Shown here: one piece after another, positions 20,821 to 30,612 of the stretch
Position numbering within the stretch: position 1 is the stretch's first letter
How the letters are laid out: each line of letters starts with the position of its first letter
From: Candidatus Rokuibacteriota bacterium
GTDB taxonomy: Bacteria > Methylomirabilota > Methylomirabilia > Rokubacteriales > CSP1-6
Direction: 5' to 3'
Length of the DNA stretch: 64,000 nucleotides
NCBI GenBank assembly: GCA_003220345.1
Contig: QHSC01000080.1
Location: 5,999-69,998 of the forward strand
Notes under the pieces: generated by a model
The model's input: the letters and a program-made list of their open reading frames with translations, nothing else
What the model was told of the DNA's origin: nothing
The model's database searches: none
Position numbers and translations under genes: made by a program

Positions 20821-22632
20821 TCACCCATCGATGCCGAGAGTGACCATGGCGACCTTCTCGAGGAAAATCGCCTGGTAGATCTGGTGCGCGATGGGAGCGG
20901 CCACCTGCCCACCCTTGCCGCCCCGCTCGACGAGTACCACCACCACCACCTGGGGATCGTGCACGGGCGCGAAGGAGGCGAACCAAGCGTGGTCCTGTCC
21001 CTTGGCGCTGTCGCTCTTGGCCACACTCTGCGCCGTGCCCGTCTTGCCCGCCACCTCGATGCCGGGAATGCGCGCCGCCGCCCCCGTCCCTCCCTCGTTG
21101 ACCACGCCCGAGAGCGCGTGCTGGAGGAAGGCGAGCACGACAGGCGAGAGGTCGACGTGGCCGGTCATCTTGGTCGACGTGGCATAGGCGATGGAGCCGT
21201 TCACGCGCTCCACCCGCTGCACGAGGCGCGGCTGCCAGAGGATGCCGCCGTTGGCGACGGCCGCCATCATCCGCGCCACCTGGATGGGCGTGACGAGGAG
21301 TTGGCCCTGCCCGATCGACATGTTCACGGTGTCGCCCGCCTGCCACGGCCGGCCGTCCGCGCGCCGCTTCCCCGTCCGGAACGGCACGAGGCCCGGCTTC
21401 TCGCCGACCAGGTCGACGCCCGTCGCGGCGCCGAGACCGAAGGCCTGGGCGTAGCGGGCGATGGCCTCGGGCCCGACCTTGAGCCCTGCCTGGTAGAAGA
21501 AGATGTTGCAGGAGTGGATCAGCGCGGAGCGCGTGTCCACGTGGCCGTGGCCGCCCTCCTTCCAATCCTTGAAGGCCCACTGGCCGAGATGGAACTGGCC
21601 GTTGCAGTAGATACGGTCCATGGGCGTGAGGCTGCCTTCCTGCAGCCCCGCCGCCGCCACGATGATCTTGAAGACGGAGCCCGGGGCGTACTGGCTCTGC
21701 AAGGCGCGATTCATGAGGGGCGACAGGGGATCCCGCACGAGCTTGAGCCACTCCTCGCGGTCGAGGTTGCCCGTGAAGCGGTCGAGCGCGAAGGCCGGGC
21801 TCGAGGTCAGGGCGAGGATGTCGCCACTTCGCGGGTCGAGAACGACCACGGCGCCGGACTTGCCCGCCATGGCGCGCTCGGCCGCCTCCTGGATGCGCCG
21901 ATCCACCGTGGTGATGACCTGGGCGCCGGGATTCGGCTCCTCTCGCCGCATGACCTGCACTTGCCGGCCGAGGGCGTCGACCTCGATACGCTCGCCGCCG
22001 TCGCGGCCGCGGAGGTATTCGTCGAGAAGGCGCTCCAGCCCCGACTGGCCGATCATGTCTCCGCGCCGGTAGCGCCCCTGCTTCATCTGCTCGTCGCTGA
22101 CCTCGCGCACGTACCCGAGGAGGTGCGCGGCGAAGGTGCTCGTGGGGTAGACGCGCTGGGGCTCGACCTCGATGACCACGCCCGGCAGATCGAGCTTGAG
22201 CTCCTCGACGCGGGTCACCTCCTCGAGAGTGAGGCCTCGCCGCATCCGGACCGGCCGGATGGAGTCGGGGGGGACGCGCTCGAGCCCCTCTTCCAGCTCC
22301 CGCAGGGGGATCTTGAGGAGCACGGAGAGCCTGGCCAGGACCGTCCCGCGGTCCTCCATCTCTCGCGGGATGAGCGAGAGCGTGAAAGCGGGGCGATTGT
22401 CCACGAGGGCGAGACCATTGCGGTCGAAGAGAATGCCGCGCGGCGCCGCCACGGGCCGGATACGGATCCGGTTCTTGTCGGAGAGCTCCTGGAGCTTGCC
22501 GCCCTCGAGAACCTGGAGATACCAGAGCTGGCCGAGGAGGCCGACGAAGGCGACGGCGACCACGGCGGCGAGGGCCAGGACACGCCGCCGCCAGGCTTCC
22601 CGCTTGGCCGCGGACTCCTGGTTCAGATCCAT
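20821..22632 (-). CDS. mrdA: Penicillin-binding protein 2
   Basis: APRG, PGSVFK (SxxK), SCN, KTGT motifs; mre operon context. Confidence 0.96.
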   Translation of the reverse strand: MDLNQESAAKREAWRRRVLALAAVVAVAFVGLLGQLWYLQVLEGGKLQELSDKNRIRIRPVAAPRGILFDRNGLALVDNRPAFTLSLIPREMEDRGTVLARLSVLLKIPLRELEEGLERVPPDSIRPVRMRRGLTLEEVTRVEELKLDLPGVVIEVEPQRVYPTSTFAAHLLGYVREVSDEQMKQGRYRRGDMIGQSGLERLLDEYLRGRDGGERIEVDALGRQVQVMRREEPNPGAQVITTVDRRIQEAAERAMAGKSGAVVVLDPRSGDILALTSSPAFALDRFTGNLDREEWLKLVRDPLSPLMNRALQSQYAPGSVFKIIVAAAGLQEGSLTPMDRIYCNGQFHLGQWAFKDWKEGGHGHVDTRSALIHSCNIFFYQAGLKVGPEAIARYAQAFGLGAATGVDLVGEKPGLVPFRTGKRRADGRPWQAGDTVNMSIGQGQLLVTPIQVARMMAAVANGGILWQPRLVQRVERVNGSIAYATSTKMTGHVDLSPVVLAFLQHALSGVVNEGGTGAAARIPGIEVAGKTGTAQSVAKSDSAKGQDHAWFASFAPVHDPQVVVVVLVERGGKGGQVAAPIAHQIYQAIFLEKVAMVTLGIDG

Positions 22633-22647
22633 GGGTTCAGATCCATG
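22620..22647. repeat. 14-bp tandem duplication at the mreD/mrdA junction
   Basis: GGTTCAGATCCATG x2. Confidence 0.85.
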
Positions 22648-23131
22648 GCTGCCACCGGCGCAGCGTGTGGGCCGCCTCGACGGCGAGGAGGAAGGCCGCG
22701 GCCATGAACCCGTTGTAGAGCGCCTGGGGCAGGATGACGTGGAGCAGGAGATCGCCGAGCGACGCCGGGAAGTGGAAGAGCTGCAGCAATCCAAAGCGGA
22801 GCAGCCCTTCCGAGACGGTCAGGAGCAGCATCCCGGGAACCTGCACGAGAGGATGATCGACCCAGATGCGGCCGGGCAGATGACCCATGGCGAAGCCCGT
22901 GAGGGCAAGCGTGGCCGCTTGAATTCCGATGAGACCGCCCCCCGCGGCGTCCTGGAGGAGCCCGAGCGCGAAGCCCACGAGGCAGGCCGCCTCGGGTCCG
23001 CGTCTGAAGGCGAGGAGGGCCGTCAGGATGAGGGGCAGGTCAGGGGTGACGCCGACCACGGCGAGGGAGGGGACCACGCTCGACTGCGCGAGGGTACCTC
23101 CGAAGGCCATGAACAGGAGAGAGAGTCGCAC
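22637..23131 (-). CDS. mreD: Rod shape-determining protein MreD
   Basis: Hydrophobic protein with PDL and GLLQD motifs, between mreC and mrdA. Confidence 0.93.
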   Translation of the reverse strand: MRLSLLFMAFGGTLAQSSVVPSLAVVGVTPDLPLILTALLAFRRGPEAACLVGFALGLLQDAAGGGLIGIQAATLALTGFAMGHLPGRIWVDHPLVQVPGMLLLTVSEGLLRFGLLQLFHFPASLGDLLLHVILPQALYNGFMAAAFLLAVEAAHTLRRWQPWI

Positions 23132-23134
23132 CGT

Positions 23135-23974
23135 CTAGCCGTCCGGCGTGAAGAGGCTCGCCACGTCATGGGAGGCCTGGCCGGTGAGCACCAGCACTTC
23201 CTCGACGCGGGCGAAGTCGACCACGGGGACGAGCACGGCGAAATGGAAGAGGGCCGAGCCCTTGTCCTCGATGGCGGTGACGCGTCCGACGGGGATGCCC
23301 TTGGGGAAGAGCGTGCCCAGTCCCGAGGTCACGATGAGGTCCCCCGCGGCCACGCCGGTGCCGTCGCGCGCCATGAACTTGAAGCGCAGGCCTCCGCCCG
23401 GCTCGCCCTCCACGAGACCGGCGGTGCGGGTGCGCTGCACGACGGCCCCGACCGTCGAGGTCGGATCGTTCAGGAGCTGGACGACGGAAGCCCCGGCTCG
23501 CACCTGCACGACGCGTCCCACGAGGCCGTCGGGGACGATCACGGGCATCTGCTGCGCGACCCCGTCGGCGCGGCCCCGATTGACGGTGAGCGAGCGCGCC
23601 CAGCCGCCGCCTTCCCGCCCGATGATCTCTCCGCCCAGAGTCGTCAGGGGCAGGCGCTCGCGGAGCGTGGCGAGCCGCCGGAGGCGACGGTTCTCCTGAT
23701 CCGTCTCCCGCGCCTGGAGCGCCTCGATGCGGAGGCGCTCGTTCTCTGCGTGGAGGGCGAGGTTCTCGGCGCGCACCCGCTTCCAGTCGGCATACGAGTT
23801 CCAGACGGAGAGGGCGCCGCGGTGGGCCTTGGTCAAGAGGTTCTGCACGGGGGTCAGGGCCAGCGCCACGAGATCGCCCGCCCGGGCCGGCCCGCCGCCC
23901 CTCGTCTGAACGGTCAGGAGCAGGAGGGACGTCAGCAGCACTGCGACGAGCAGCGCGTATCTCCGAAATCTCAC
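23135..23974 (-). CDS. mreC: Rod shape-determining protein MreC
   Basis: Coiled coil ENERLR, GLVGRV, GDLIVTSGLGTLFPKG. Confidence 0.94.
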   Translation of the reverse strand: MRFRRYALLVAVLLTSLLLLTVQTRGGGPARAGDLVALALTPVQNLLTKAHRGALSVWNSYADWKRVRAENLALHAENERLRIEALQARETDQENRRLRRLATLRERLPLTTLGGEIIGREGGGWARSLTVNRGRADGVAQQMPVIVPDGLVGRVVQVRAGASVVQLLNDPTSTVGAVVQRTRTAGLVEGEPGGGLRFKFMARDGTGVAAGDLIVTSGLGTLFPKGIPVGRVTAIEDKGSALFHFAVLVPVVDFARVEEVLVLTGQASHDVASLFTPDG

Positions 23975-24029
23975 CTGAGACCACCCAGGCCGACGACCGC
24001 GCCGTAGCCGCCGCGAGACCGCGGCCTCG

Positions 24030-25223
<1,194 letters not shown>

Positions 25224-25306
25224 CTACTTGAATCCGCATCCGGAGGGCCCCCGGGGGCCGCGAGAAGCGGGGCCGGGCATGACAAGCGCGCGGAGACTAT
25301 GCCACC

Positions 25307-26374
25307 ATGACGCAGCCGACCCCGCAGGCCGGCCACGCACCGATGGACGATCTCGAGAGCTGGTTCGACAAGGGCGTCACCGACGGCTTGCCCGTGGTGC
25401 CGCCGACGCGCGAGCGGGTGGAGCGGATGCTCGCGGGCTCCACGCGCGCCCGCGGGGAGCTCATCGGCGAAGTCGCGCCCAACTACGGGCGCGCGACGGC
25501 GGAGAAGGTCGCCATCAATGCCGTGATGGCGGGGTGCCGTCCCGACTATCTCCCCGTGGTCCTGGCCGCCGTGGAGGCCGCGTGCGAGCCCGCCTTCAAC
25601 CTGCACGGGATGTCGACGTCCACCCACTTCTCCGCGCCCCTCATCGTCGTCAACGGCCCCATTCGCGAGCACATCGGTCTCAACTGCTCCTTCGGGGTCT
25701 TCGGCCCCGGGTATCGCGCCAACGCGACGATAGGTCGGGCCCTCCGCCTCGTCATGATCAATGTCGGCGGGGCCAAGCCCGGCGAGACCTCCATGTCCAC
25801 CTTCGGCCATCCCGGGCGCTACACGTACTGCATCGGCGAGCACGAAGAGGCGAGCCCCTGGCCGCCCTACAGCGCGGCGCGGGGGATCGCGAAGGGCGAG
25901 AGCGCCATCACCGTCTTCGCGGGTGAGGCGCCGCACGGCATCTCCGATCACGCGAGCCGCACCGCGCGAAGCCTCGCGGGCTCGCTCGGCTGGTCCATGA
26001 GCGGCCTGTGGAACATCAAGCACTTTCCCCTCTACTCGCACACCATGCTCGTGGTGGGGCCCGAGCACGCGCGCACCTTCGCCGACGACGGATGGACGAG
26101 GGACGATCTCAGGCGCCACCTCTTCGAGACGGTACGGGCGCCGTATCGAACGCTCATCCCCGATGCCGAGAACGGCGAGGGCACCAACCTGCGATTCGCC
26201 AGAGGCGGGGAGCCGGACCCGGACGAGCTCATCCCGAAATTTCCGTCCGTCGACGAGATCCACGTCGTGGTGGCGGGCGGGACGGCGGGGCGCTTCTCCA
26301 TGGCCATCCCCGGCTGGCTGGGGACAAAAAACGGCTCGGCTCCCGTCACCGTCCCCATCCGCAATATTCCTTGA
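25307..26374 (+). CDS. Conserved uncharacterised protein (type recalled as partner of UGSC-type selenoproteins)
   Basis: DGLPVVPPT, KVAINAVMAGC, RANATIGRALRL, GHPGRYTYC; family assignment from memory. Confidence 0.7.
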   Translation: MTQPTPQAGHAPMDDLESWFDKGVTDGLPVVPPTRERVERMLAGSTRARGELIGEVAPNYGRATAEKVAINAVMAGCRPDYLPVVLAAVEAACEPAFNLHGMSTSTHFSAPLIVVNGPIREHIGLNCSFGVFGPGYRANATIGRALRLVMINVGGAKPGETSMSTFGHPGRYTYCIGEHEEASPWPPYSAARGIAKGESAITVFAGEAPHGISDHASRTARSLAGSLGWSMSGLWNIKHFPLYSHTMLVVGPEHARTFADDGWTRDDLRRHLFETVRAPYRTLIPDAENGEGTNLRFARGGEPDPDELIPKFPSVDEIHVVVAGGTAGRFSMAIPGWLGTKNGSAPVTVPIRNIP

Positions 26375-26399
26375 CAGGTGCGACCCGAGCCGGTATCCT
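26371..26399 (+). promoter_or_regulatory. Sigma70 promoter of cold-shock gene 1
   Basis: TTGACA-N17-TATCCT. Confidence 0.75.
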
Positions 26400-26588
26400 C
26401 CCGGGCAGGTTGTAGGTTCACCCGGTAGTCGGATAGTAGCGAGCGGATAGCCGCTAGATTCGAGTTCAACGCCGCGAGGACCTCAAGTCCTGCGGCGTTT
26501 TTGTTTGTCCTCCGATCCCGGAGGGCGCCCCCGTCATGGTGACGGGGCATCACCGAGGCGGTATGCCTCAAAGAAAGAGGTCGTAGAA
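26400..26588 (+). promoter_or_regulatory. Structured csp 5' leader 1 with internal intrinsic terminator (26468-26506)
   Basis: AACGCCGC..GCGGCGTT followed by a T-run; downstream hairpins homologous to leader 2. Confidence 0.7.
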
Positions 26589-26789
26589 ATGGCTCAGGGA
26601 AGCGTGAAGTGGTTCAACGATGCGAAGGGGTATGGCTTTATCTCCCAGGAAGACGGCGAGGACGTGTTCGTGCACTTCAGCGCCATCCAGGCCCAGGGCT
26701 TCAAGAGCCTGGCCGAGGGTGACAAGGTCGAGTTCGAAGTGACCAGGGGCCCGAAGGGGCTCCAGGCGGCCAACGTCCGCAAGGTCTAA
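26589..26789 (+). CDS. cspA: Cold-shock protein (CspA family) 1
   Basis: [15 protein letters not shown] (RNP1), VFVHFS (RNP2). Confidence 0.96.
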   Translation: MAQGSVKWFNDAKGYGFISQEDGEDVFVHFSAIQAQGFKSLAEGDKVEFEVTRGPKGLQAANVRKV

Positions 26790-26798
26790 CGACACCTC

Positions 26799-26852
26799 GC
26801 CGCGGCCGGCTTCCGCGAGGCATCGGACACGCCGGCCGCGGCTTCTTCATTT
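26799..26852 (+). terminator. Probable terminator after csp1
   Basis: 12-bp stem GCCGCGGCCGGC/GCCGGCCGCGGC followed by TTCTTCATTT. Confidence 0.5.
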
Positions 26853-26872
26853 CCACCGCGGGCACAAGCGTC

Positions 26873-26901
26873 TTGACAGGGGGAGACCCCCTCTGCTAGC
26901 G
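26873..26901 (+). promoter_or_regulatory. Sigma70 promoter of cold-shock gene 2
   Basis: TTGACA-N17-TAGCGT with extended TG. Confidence 0.7.
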
Positions 26902-27099
26902 TGTCGCTGGTCGCATCGTGACGTGCCTGATCCGTACGTGAGCGAAAAGTTCGAGCCTTAGCAAGCGGCGCCGAGAGGACCTGAGTCCTCGACGGCGCTT
27001 TTTTTGTTTCCCCCGATCCTGGGGAAGCCCCAGCCATGGTGGCGCGGGGATCACGGGGGCGGTCTCAGGGGCCGTCCCAAGGAGAGAGGAACCAGACGT
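26902..27099 (+). promoter_or_regulatory. Structured csp 5' leader 2 with internal intrinsic terminator (26968-27009)
   Basis: GCGCCG-AGAGGACCTGAGTCCTCGA-CGGCGC followed by T7; homologous to leader 1. Confidence 0.7.
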
Positions 27100-27300
27100 A
27101 TGGCACAAGGCACGGTCAAGTGGTTCAACGACGCGAAGGGGTACGGCTTCATCCAGGTCGAGGGCGGCGAGGACGTCTTCGTCCACTACAGCGCCATCCA
27201 GGCCCAGGGCTTCAAGAGCCTGGCCGAGGGCGACAAGGTCGAGTTCGAAGTCACCAAGGGTCCGAAGGGACTACAAGCCTCCAACGTCCGCAAGGTCTAA
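27100..27300 (+). CDS. cspA: Cold-shock protein (CspA family) 2
   Basis: [21 protein letters not shown]; near-identical paralogue of csp1. Confidence 0.96.
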   Translation: MAQGTVKWFNDAKGYGFIQVEGGEDVFVHYSAIQAQGFKSLAEGDKVEFEVTKGPKGLQASNVRKV

Positions 27301-27319
27301 TCTCTCCGATTGATCACTT

Positions 27320-27357
27320 GACGGCCCGCCGGGTTCTCCGGCGGGTCGTTTTATTTT
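27320..27357 (+). terminator. Intrinsic terminator after csp2
   Basis: GACGGCCCGCCGG-GTTCT-CCGGCGGGTCGTT followed by TTATTTT. Confidence 0.8.
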
Positions 27358-27380
27358 CTCGGCCGCGGAGGCCCTCGAGC

Positions 27381-27608
27381 AAAAAAAAGCCCCGACGGCT
27401 TCTGCGGCCTCGGTACGTCCGTGCCGCCCCGCTGGTGAAAAGCGGGACCGTCGGGGCCGGTGGCTCCTGGGTCCTCCAGGCCCACCTGCGCCTGCTTTAC
27501 GTCAGGGCCTTAGGAGGTGACCACCTCACAGATCACCGTAGGGGTACACATCGGCTGGATCACCTCCCTTTCTCGGCGCGGCCCATAGCGGGGCCCAGGA
27601 CCACCACC
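27381..27608 (-). ncRNA. Candidate structured RNA with an anti-16S (helix 45/anti-SD) segment and a mini-ORF
   Basis: Closing stem 27459-27474/27591-27605; terminal stem GCCCCGACGG/CCGTCGGGGC plus T8 on the minus strand; 16S 3'-end match at 27535-27573. Confidence 0.6.
27510..27551 (-). CDS. Putative 13-aa mini-ORF MCTPTVICEVVTS
   Basis: ATG immediately preceded by AGAAAGGGAGGTGATCCAGCCG (extended SD); TAA stop. Confidence 0.4.
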   Translation of the reverse strand: MCTPTVICEVVTS

Positions 27609-27754
27609 ACGCGCCGGACGCCGACTCCCGGCTCGAGGCTCGGTCACGTCGCCCACGGCGAGATTGCCACGGGGGACGATCCAGGGAAGCCTGTGTGAGC
27701 TCCGACCGATTTCCCTTATCCTACCTAAGTCGTCTGCGGCGGAAAAGAGTTTTT

Positions 27755-28072
27755 TCACTTCACCGCGATGCGCCCGTGGTTCTTGTCGAGCACGGCCTTG
27801 CCCACGCCCGGCACCTTCTCGAGATCCTGGGCGCGCTTGAAGGGGCCGTGCGCCTCGCGCCAGGCAATGATCTTCTTCGCCATGCCCGCGCCCACGCCCT
27901 CGAGCTTCATGAGCTCGGCGTGATCCGCCTCGTTGATGTTGACCTTGTCGTCGGCGCGCGCGTGCGCCTTCGTCTGCGGAGGATGCGGCTTGTCGTCGGC
28001 GCTCCACGCCGGTCCACCCGCCAGCCACCACGCGCTCACCACCATCGCTGCCAGCCACCGTGTCGTCCTCAT
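27755..28072 (-). CDS. comEA: ComEA family helix-hairpin-helix DNA-binding protein
   Basis: Signal peptide; KVNINEA, LEGVG, GPFK...VPGVG. Confidence 0.9.
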   Translation of the reverse strand: MRTTRWLAAMVVSAWWLAGGPAWSADDKPHPPQTKAHARADDKVNINEADHAELMKLEGVGAGMAKKIIAWREAHGPFKRAQDLEKVPGVGKAVLDKNHGRIAVK

Positions 28073-28168
28073 GCTCGCCTCCTTGGAGGAATGTGGTACC
28101 GCTGACGCGCATTCCACTCCGGGAAGGCGTGGGCTGACAATGCCCAGAATTGCAGACAGATTGGATCC

Positions 28169-28250
28169 GGGGGGAGCGAGCGCCGCTCCTCCTCAGGGTT
28201 GGCTCGGCTCGCCTTCGGCTGCGCCTCACCCAGCGCCACGGCCCCCCCCC
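28169..28250. repeat. Dispersed repeat family B copy 2
   Basis: 34-bp core identical to 16516-16549; GGGGAGCGA head at the same spacing. Confidence 0.8.
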
Positions 28251-28306
28251 ACCGCTCGTGGGCGAGGGAGTGCCGTTGGCATTCGGCTCCCATTGCTTGT
28301 GCGTAT

Positions 28307-28621
28307 CTAGTCGGTGTCGGAACGGGTGAGGCGAACGAGATACGCGTCCCACTCCCACGGCAGGAGCGACCGCTTCTTGATGTTGCAGTCCTTGCAGGCG
28401 GGCGCGACGTTACCCTTGACGGAGCGGCCGCCGCGGATCAACGGCACCACGTGATCGAGGGTGAGGGCGCGCGCGCCCACCGCGCGCGCGCAATAGTGGC
28501 ACCGCCCGTCGGCAATGCGCCGCTTCCACCAGCCGCTCTGGCGAAGCTCGCGCGCGCGGGCCCGCTCGCGCCGGAGGGCGGCGGTGTCCTCGATGGGAAC
28601 GAACCGCTCTGCGGGCGTCAT
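28307..28621 (-). CDS. Small HNH endonuclease
   Basis: CHYC...TLDHVVPLIRGG.S.KGN...CKDCN. Confidence 0.9.
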   Translation of the reverse strand: MTPAERFVPIEDTAALRRERARARELRQSGWWKRRIADGRCHYCARAVGARALTLDHVVPLIRGGRSVKGNVAPACKDCNIKKRSLLPWEWDAYLVRLTRSDTD

Positions 28622-30582
28622 GGCTTCTCGACGGAGGCAAGGGAAAGCGAGAGGTCTTCCCATTCCTTCATGAGCCAGGCCACCTTCTGCTCGGCGTCCT
28701 TTCGCTGCTGCGCGATGGTGCGGGCGCGCTCGCCATCGCGATAGAGATCGGGATCGGCCAGCGCGAGGGCGATCTCCTCGAGACGCCTCTCCAGCTCGGC
28801 GATCTGAGTCTCCACGGCGGCCAGCCGCGTCTTGAGGGCCTTGATCTCCTTCGAGACGGCTTTGGGCATCTTGGACTTCGCCGGGGTCGGCGGCGCGGAT
28901 GCGCCCTTTGGATGCGACACGGGCGAATGCGGCGCGGGCCGACGGGGCGCGGGGCCGGTCGCGACGGGCGCCGCCTTGGGCGGCGTCGCCATGGCCGTTT
29001 TGCGCTCGAGATAGTCGTCGTAGCTGCCGAGGTGAACGTGCAGGCGGCCGTGGTCGACCTCGACCACGTGGCTGGCGATCCGGTTGATGAAGTACCGGTC
29101 GTGCGAGATGAACACGATGGTGCCCGAGAAGCTCACGAGCGCGTCCTCGAGCACCTCCTTGGAGGCGAGGTCGAGGTGGTTGGTGGGCTCGTCGAGACAC
29201 AGGAGCGCGGCGGGCCGGACGAGCATCTTGGCCAGGGCCACGCGGGCCTTTTCTCCGCCCGACAGCACGGCCACGCGCTTGTCCGCGTCGTCGCCGCTGA
29301 AGAGAAAGGAGCCGAGGATCGTGCGCAGGCGCTCGATGCTGGACGCCGGATCCGCCACCTCGAGCTCCTCGAGGACCGTGCGTGACGGCTCGAGGGCGTC
29401 GAGCTGATGCTGCGCGTAGTAGTGCACCCCGACGTGTGTGCCCAGCGTCCGCTCGCCCGCGTCGATGGGGAGAACGCCCGCCAGGATCTTGAGGAGGGTG
29501 GACTTGCCCGCGCCGTTGATGCCCACGAGCGCCACCCGCTGCCCCCGCTCGACCTCGAAGTCGACGCCGTCGTAGACCACGGTGGGACCGTACGCCTTGT
29601 GGATGCCCACCAGGCGTCCCACGAGCCGCCCCGTGCGCGGCGGCTGAGGAAAGGTGAAGCGGATGCGCCGCGCCCCCCGCCCGACCTCGATGCGCTCGAG
29701 CTTGTCCAGCATCTTGACGCGGCTCTGCACCTGGCGCGCCTTGGTCGCCTGGTAGCGGAAGCGCTCCACGAAACGCTCGATCTCGGCCACGCGCTTGGCC
29801 TGGTTGCGCGCCCGCGCCTCGAGGAGGGCCTGGCGCGCCTCGCGCTCGACGAGGAAATGATCATAGTCGCCCACGTAAAGGGTGATGGCGCCGTCCGCCA
29901 CCTCCGCGATGGAGGTGACCATACGGTTGAGGAAATACCGGTCGTGGGAGACGACGACCACGCTGCCCTCGTACGACGAGAGAAATCCCTCCAGCCACTG
30001 CAGCGACTCGATGTCGAGGTGGTTGGTCGGCTCGTCGAGGAGGAGGAGATCGGGGGCGAGGAGGAGGAGTCTGGCCAGGGCCGCCCGCATGCGCCAGCCT
30101 CCCGAGAACTCCGCGAGCGAGCGGTGGACGTCGTCGGGAGCGAAGCCGAGACCGCCCAGGATGACCTTGGCCTGGGCCTCGAGCCGGTACCCGCCCAGGG
30201 CCTCGAAGCGATGCTGGATCTCGCCGTAGCGCTCGGTCGCCGCCTCGCCCGCGGCGGGATCGGCCATGAGACCGGCCAGCCGCTCGAGCTCGGCCTCGAG
30301 CCGCCACACTTCCTCGAACCCGGACAGCGCCTCCGCGAGCACGGTGCCGGCCTCGTGGCCGCCAACGTCCTGGGGGAGGTAGCCCACGCTCACGCCCGTA
30401 TCACGATGGACGTGACCGGCATCCGGCGGCTCCTCGCCCGCCAGGATACGGCAGAGCGTGGTCTTGCCCGCGCCATTGGGACCGACGAGACCGATGCGCT
30501 CGCCGCGGCCGATGCGCCAGGAGGCCTCGCGAAGCAGCAAGCGACCGCCGAAGCCCTTGGAGATGGCGTCGAGCGCGATCAT
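28618..30582 (-). CDS. ABC-F family ATPase
   Basis: Two ABC domains (GPNGAGKT, FSGGWRMR, LDEPTNHLD), no TM domain, C-terminal coiled coil. Confidence 0.94.
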   Translation of the reverse strand: MIALDAISKGFGGRLLLREASWRIGRGERIGLVGPNGAGKTTLCRILAGEEPPDAGHVHRDTGVSVGYLPQDVGGHEAGTVLAEALSGFEEVWRLEAELERLAGLMADPAAGEAATERYGEIQHRFEALGGYRLEAQAKVILGGLGFAPDDVHRSLAEFSGGWRMRAALARLLLLAPDLLLLDEPTNHLDIESLQWLEGFLSSYEGSVVVVSHDRYFLNRMVTSIAEVADGAITLYVGDYDHFLVEREARQALLEARARNQAKRVAEIERFVERFRYQATKARQVQSRVKMLDKLERIEVGRGARRIRFTFPQPPRTGRLVGRLVGIHKAYGPTVVYDGVDFEVERGQRVALVGINGAGKSTLLKILAGVLPIDAGERTLGTHVGVHYYAQHQLDALEPSRTVLEELEVADPASSIERLRTILGSFLFSGDDADKRVAVLSGGEKARVALAKMLVRPAALLCLDEPTNHLDLASKEVLEDALVSFSGTIVFISHDRYFINRIASHVVEVDHGRLHVHLGSYDDYLERKTAMATPPKAAPVATGPAPRRPAPHSPVSHPKGASAPPTPAKSKMPKAVSKEIKALKTRLAAVETQIAELERRLEEIALALADPDLYRDGERARTIAQQRKDAEQKVAWLMKEWEDLSLSLASVEKP

Positions 30583-30612
30583 GCTGAGGCTGTCCCCTGC
30601 CCTTCGCCCCGT

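Noticed and set aside
27535-27573. A 16S rRNA gene or rrn operon end
   Set aside because: Only ~40 nt match; no upstream 16S sequence and no ITS, tRNA or 23S follows. Treated as a mimic or antisense element instead.
27510-28358. 282-aa minus-strand ORF
   Set aside because: Overlaps comEA and repeat B out of frame and looks non-coding; only its last 13 codons have an SD.
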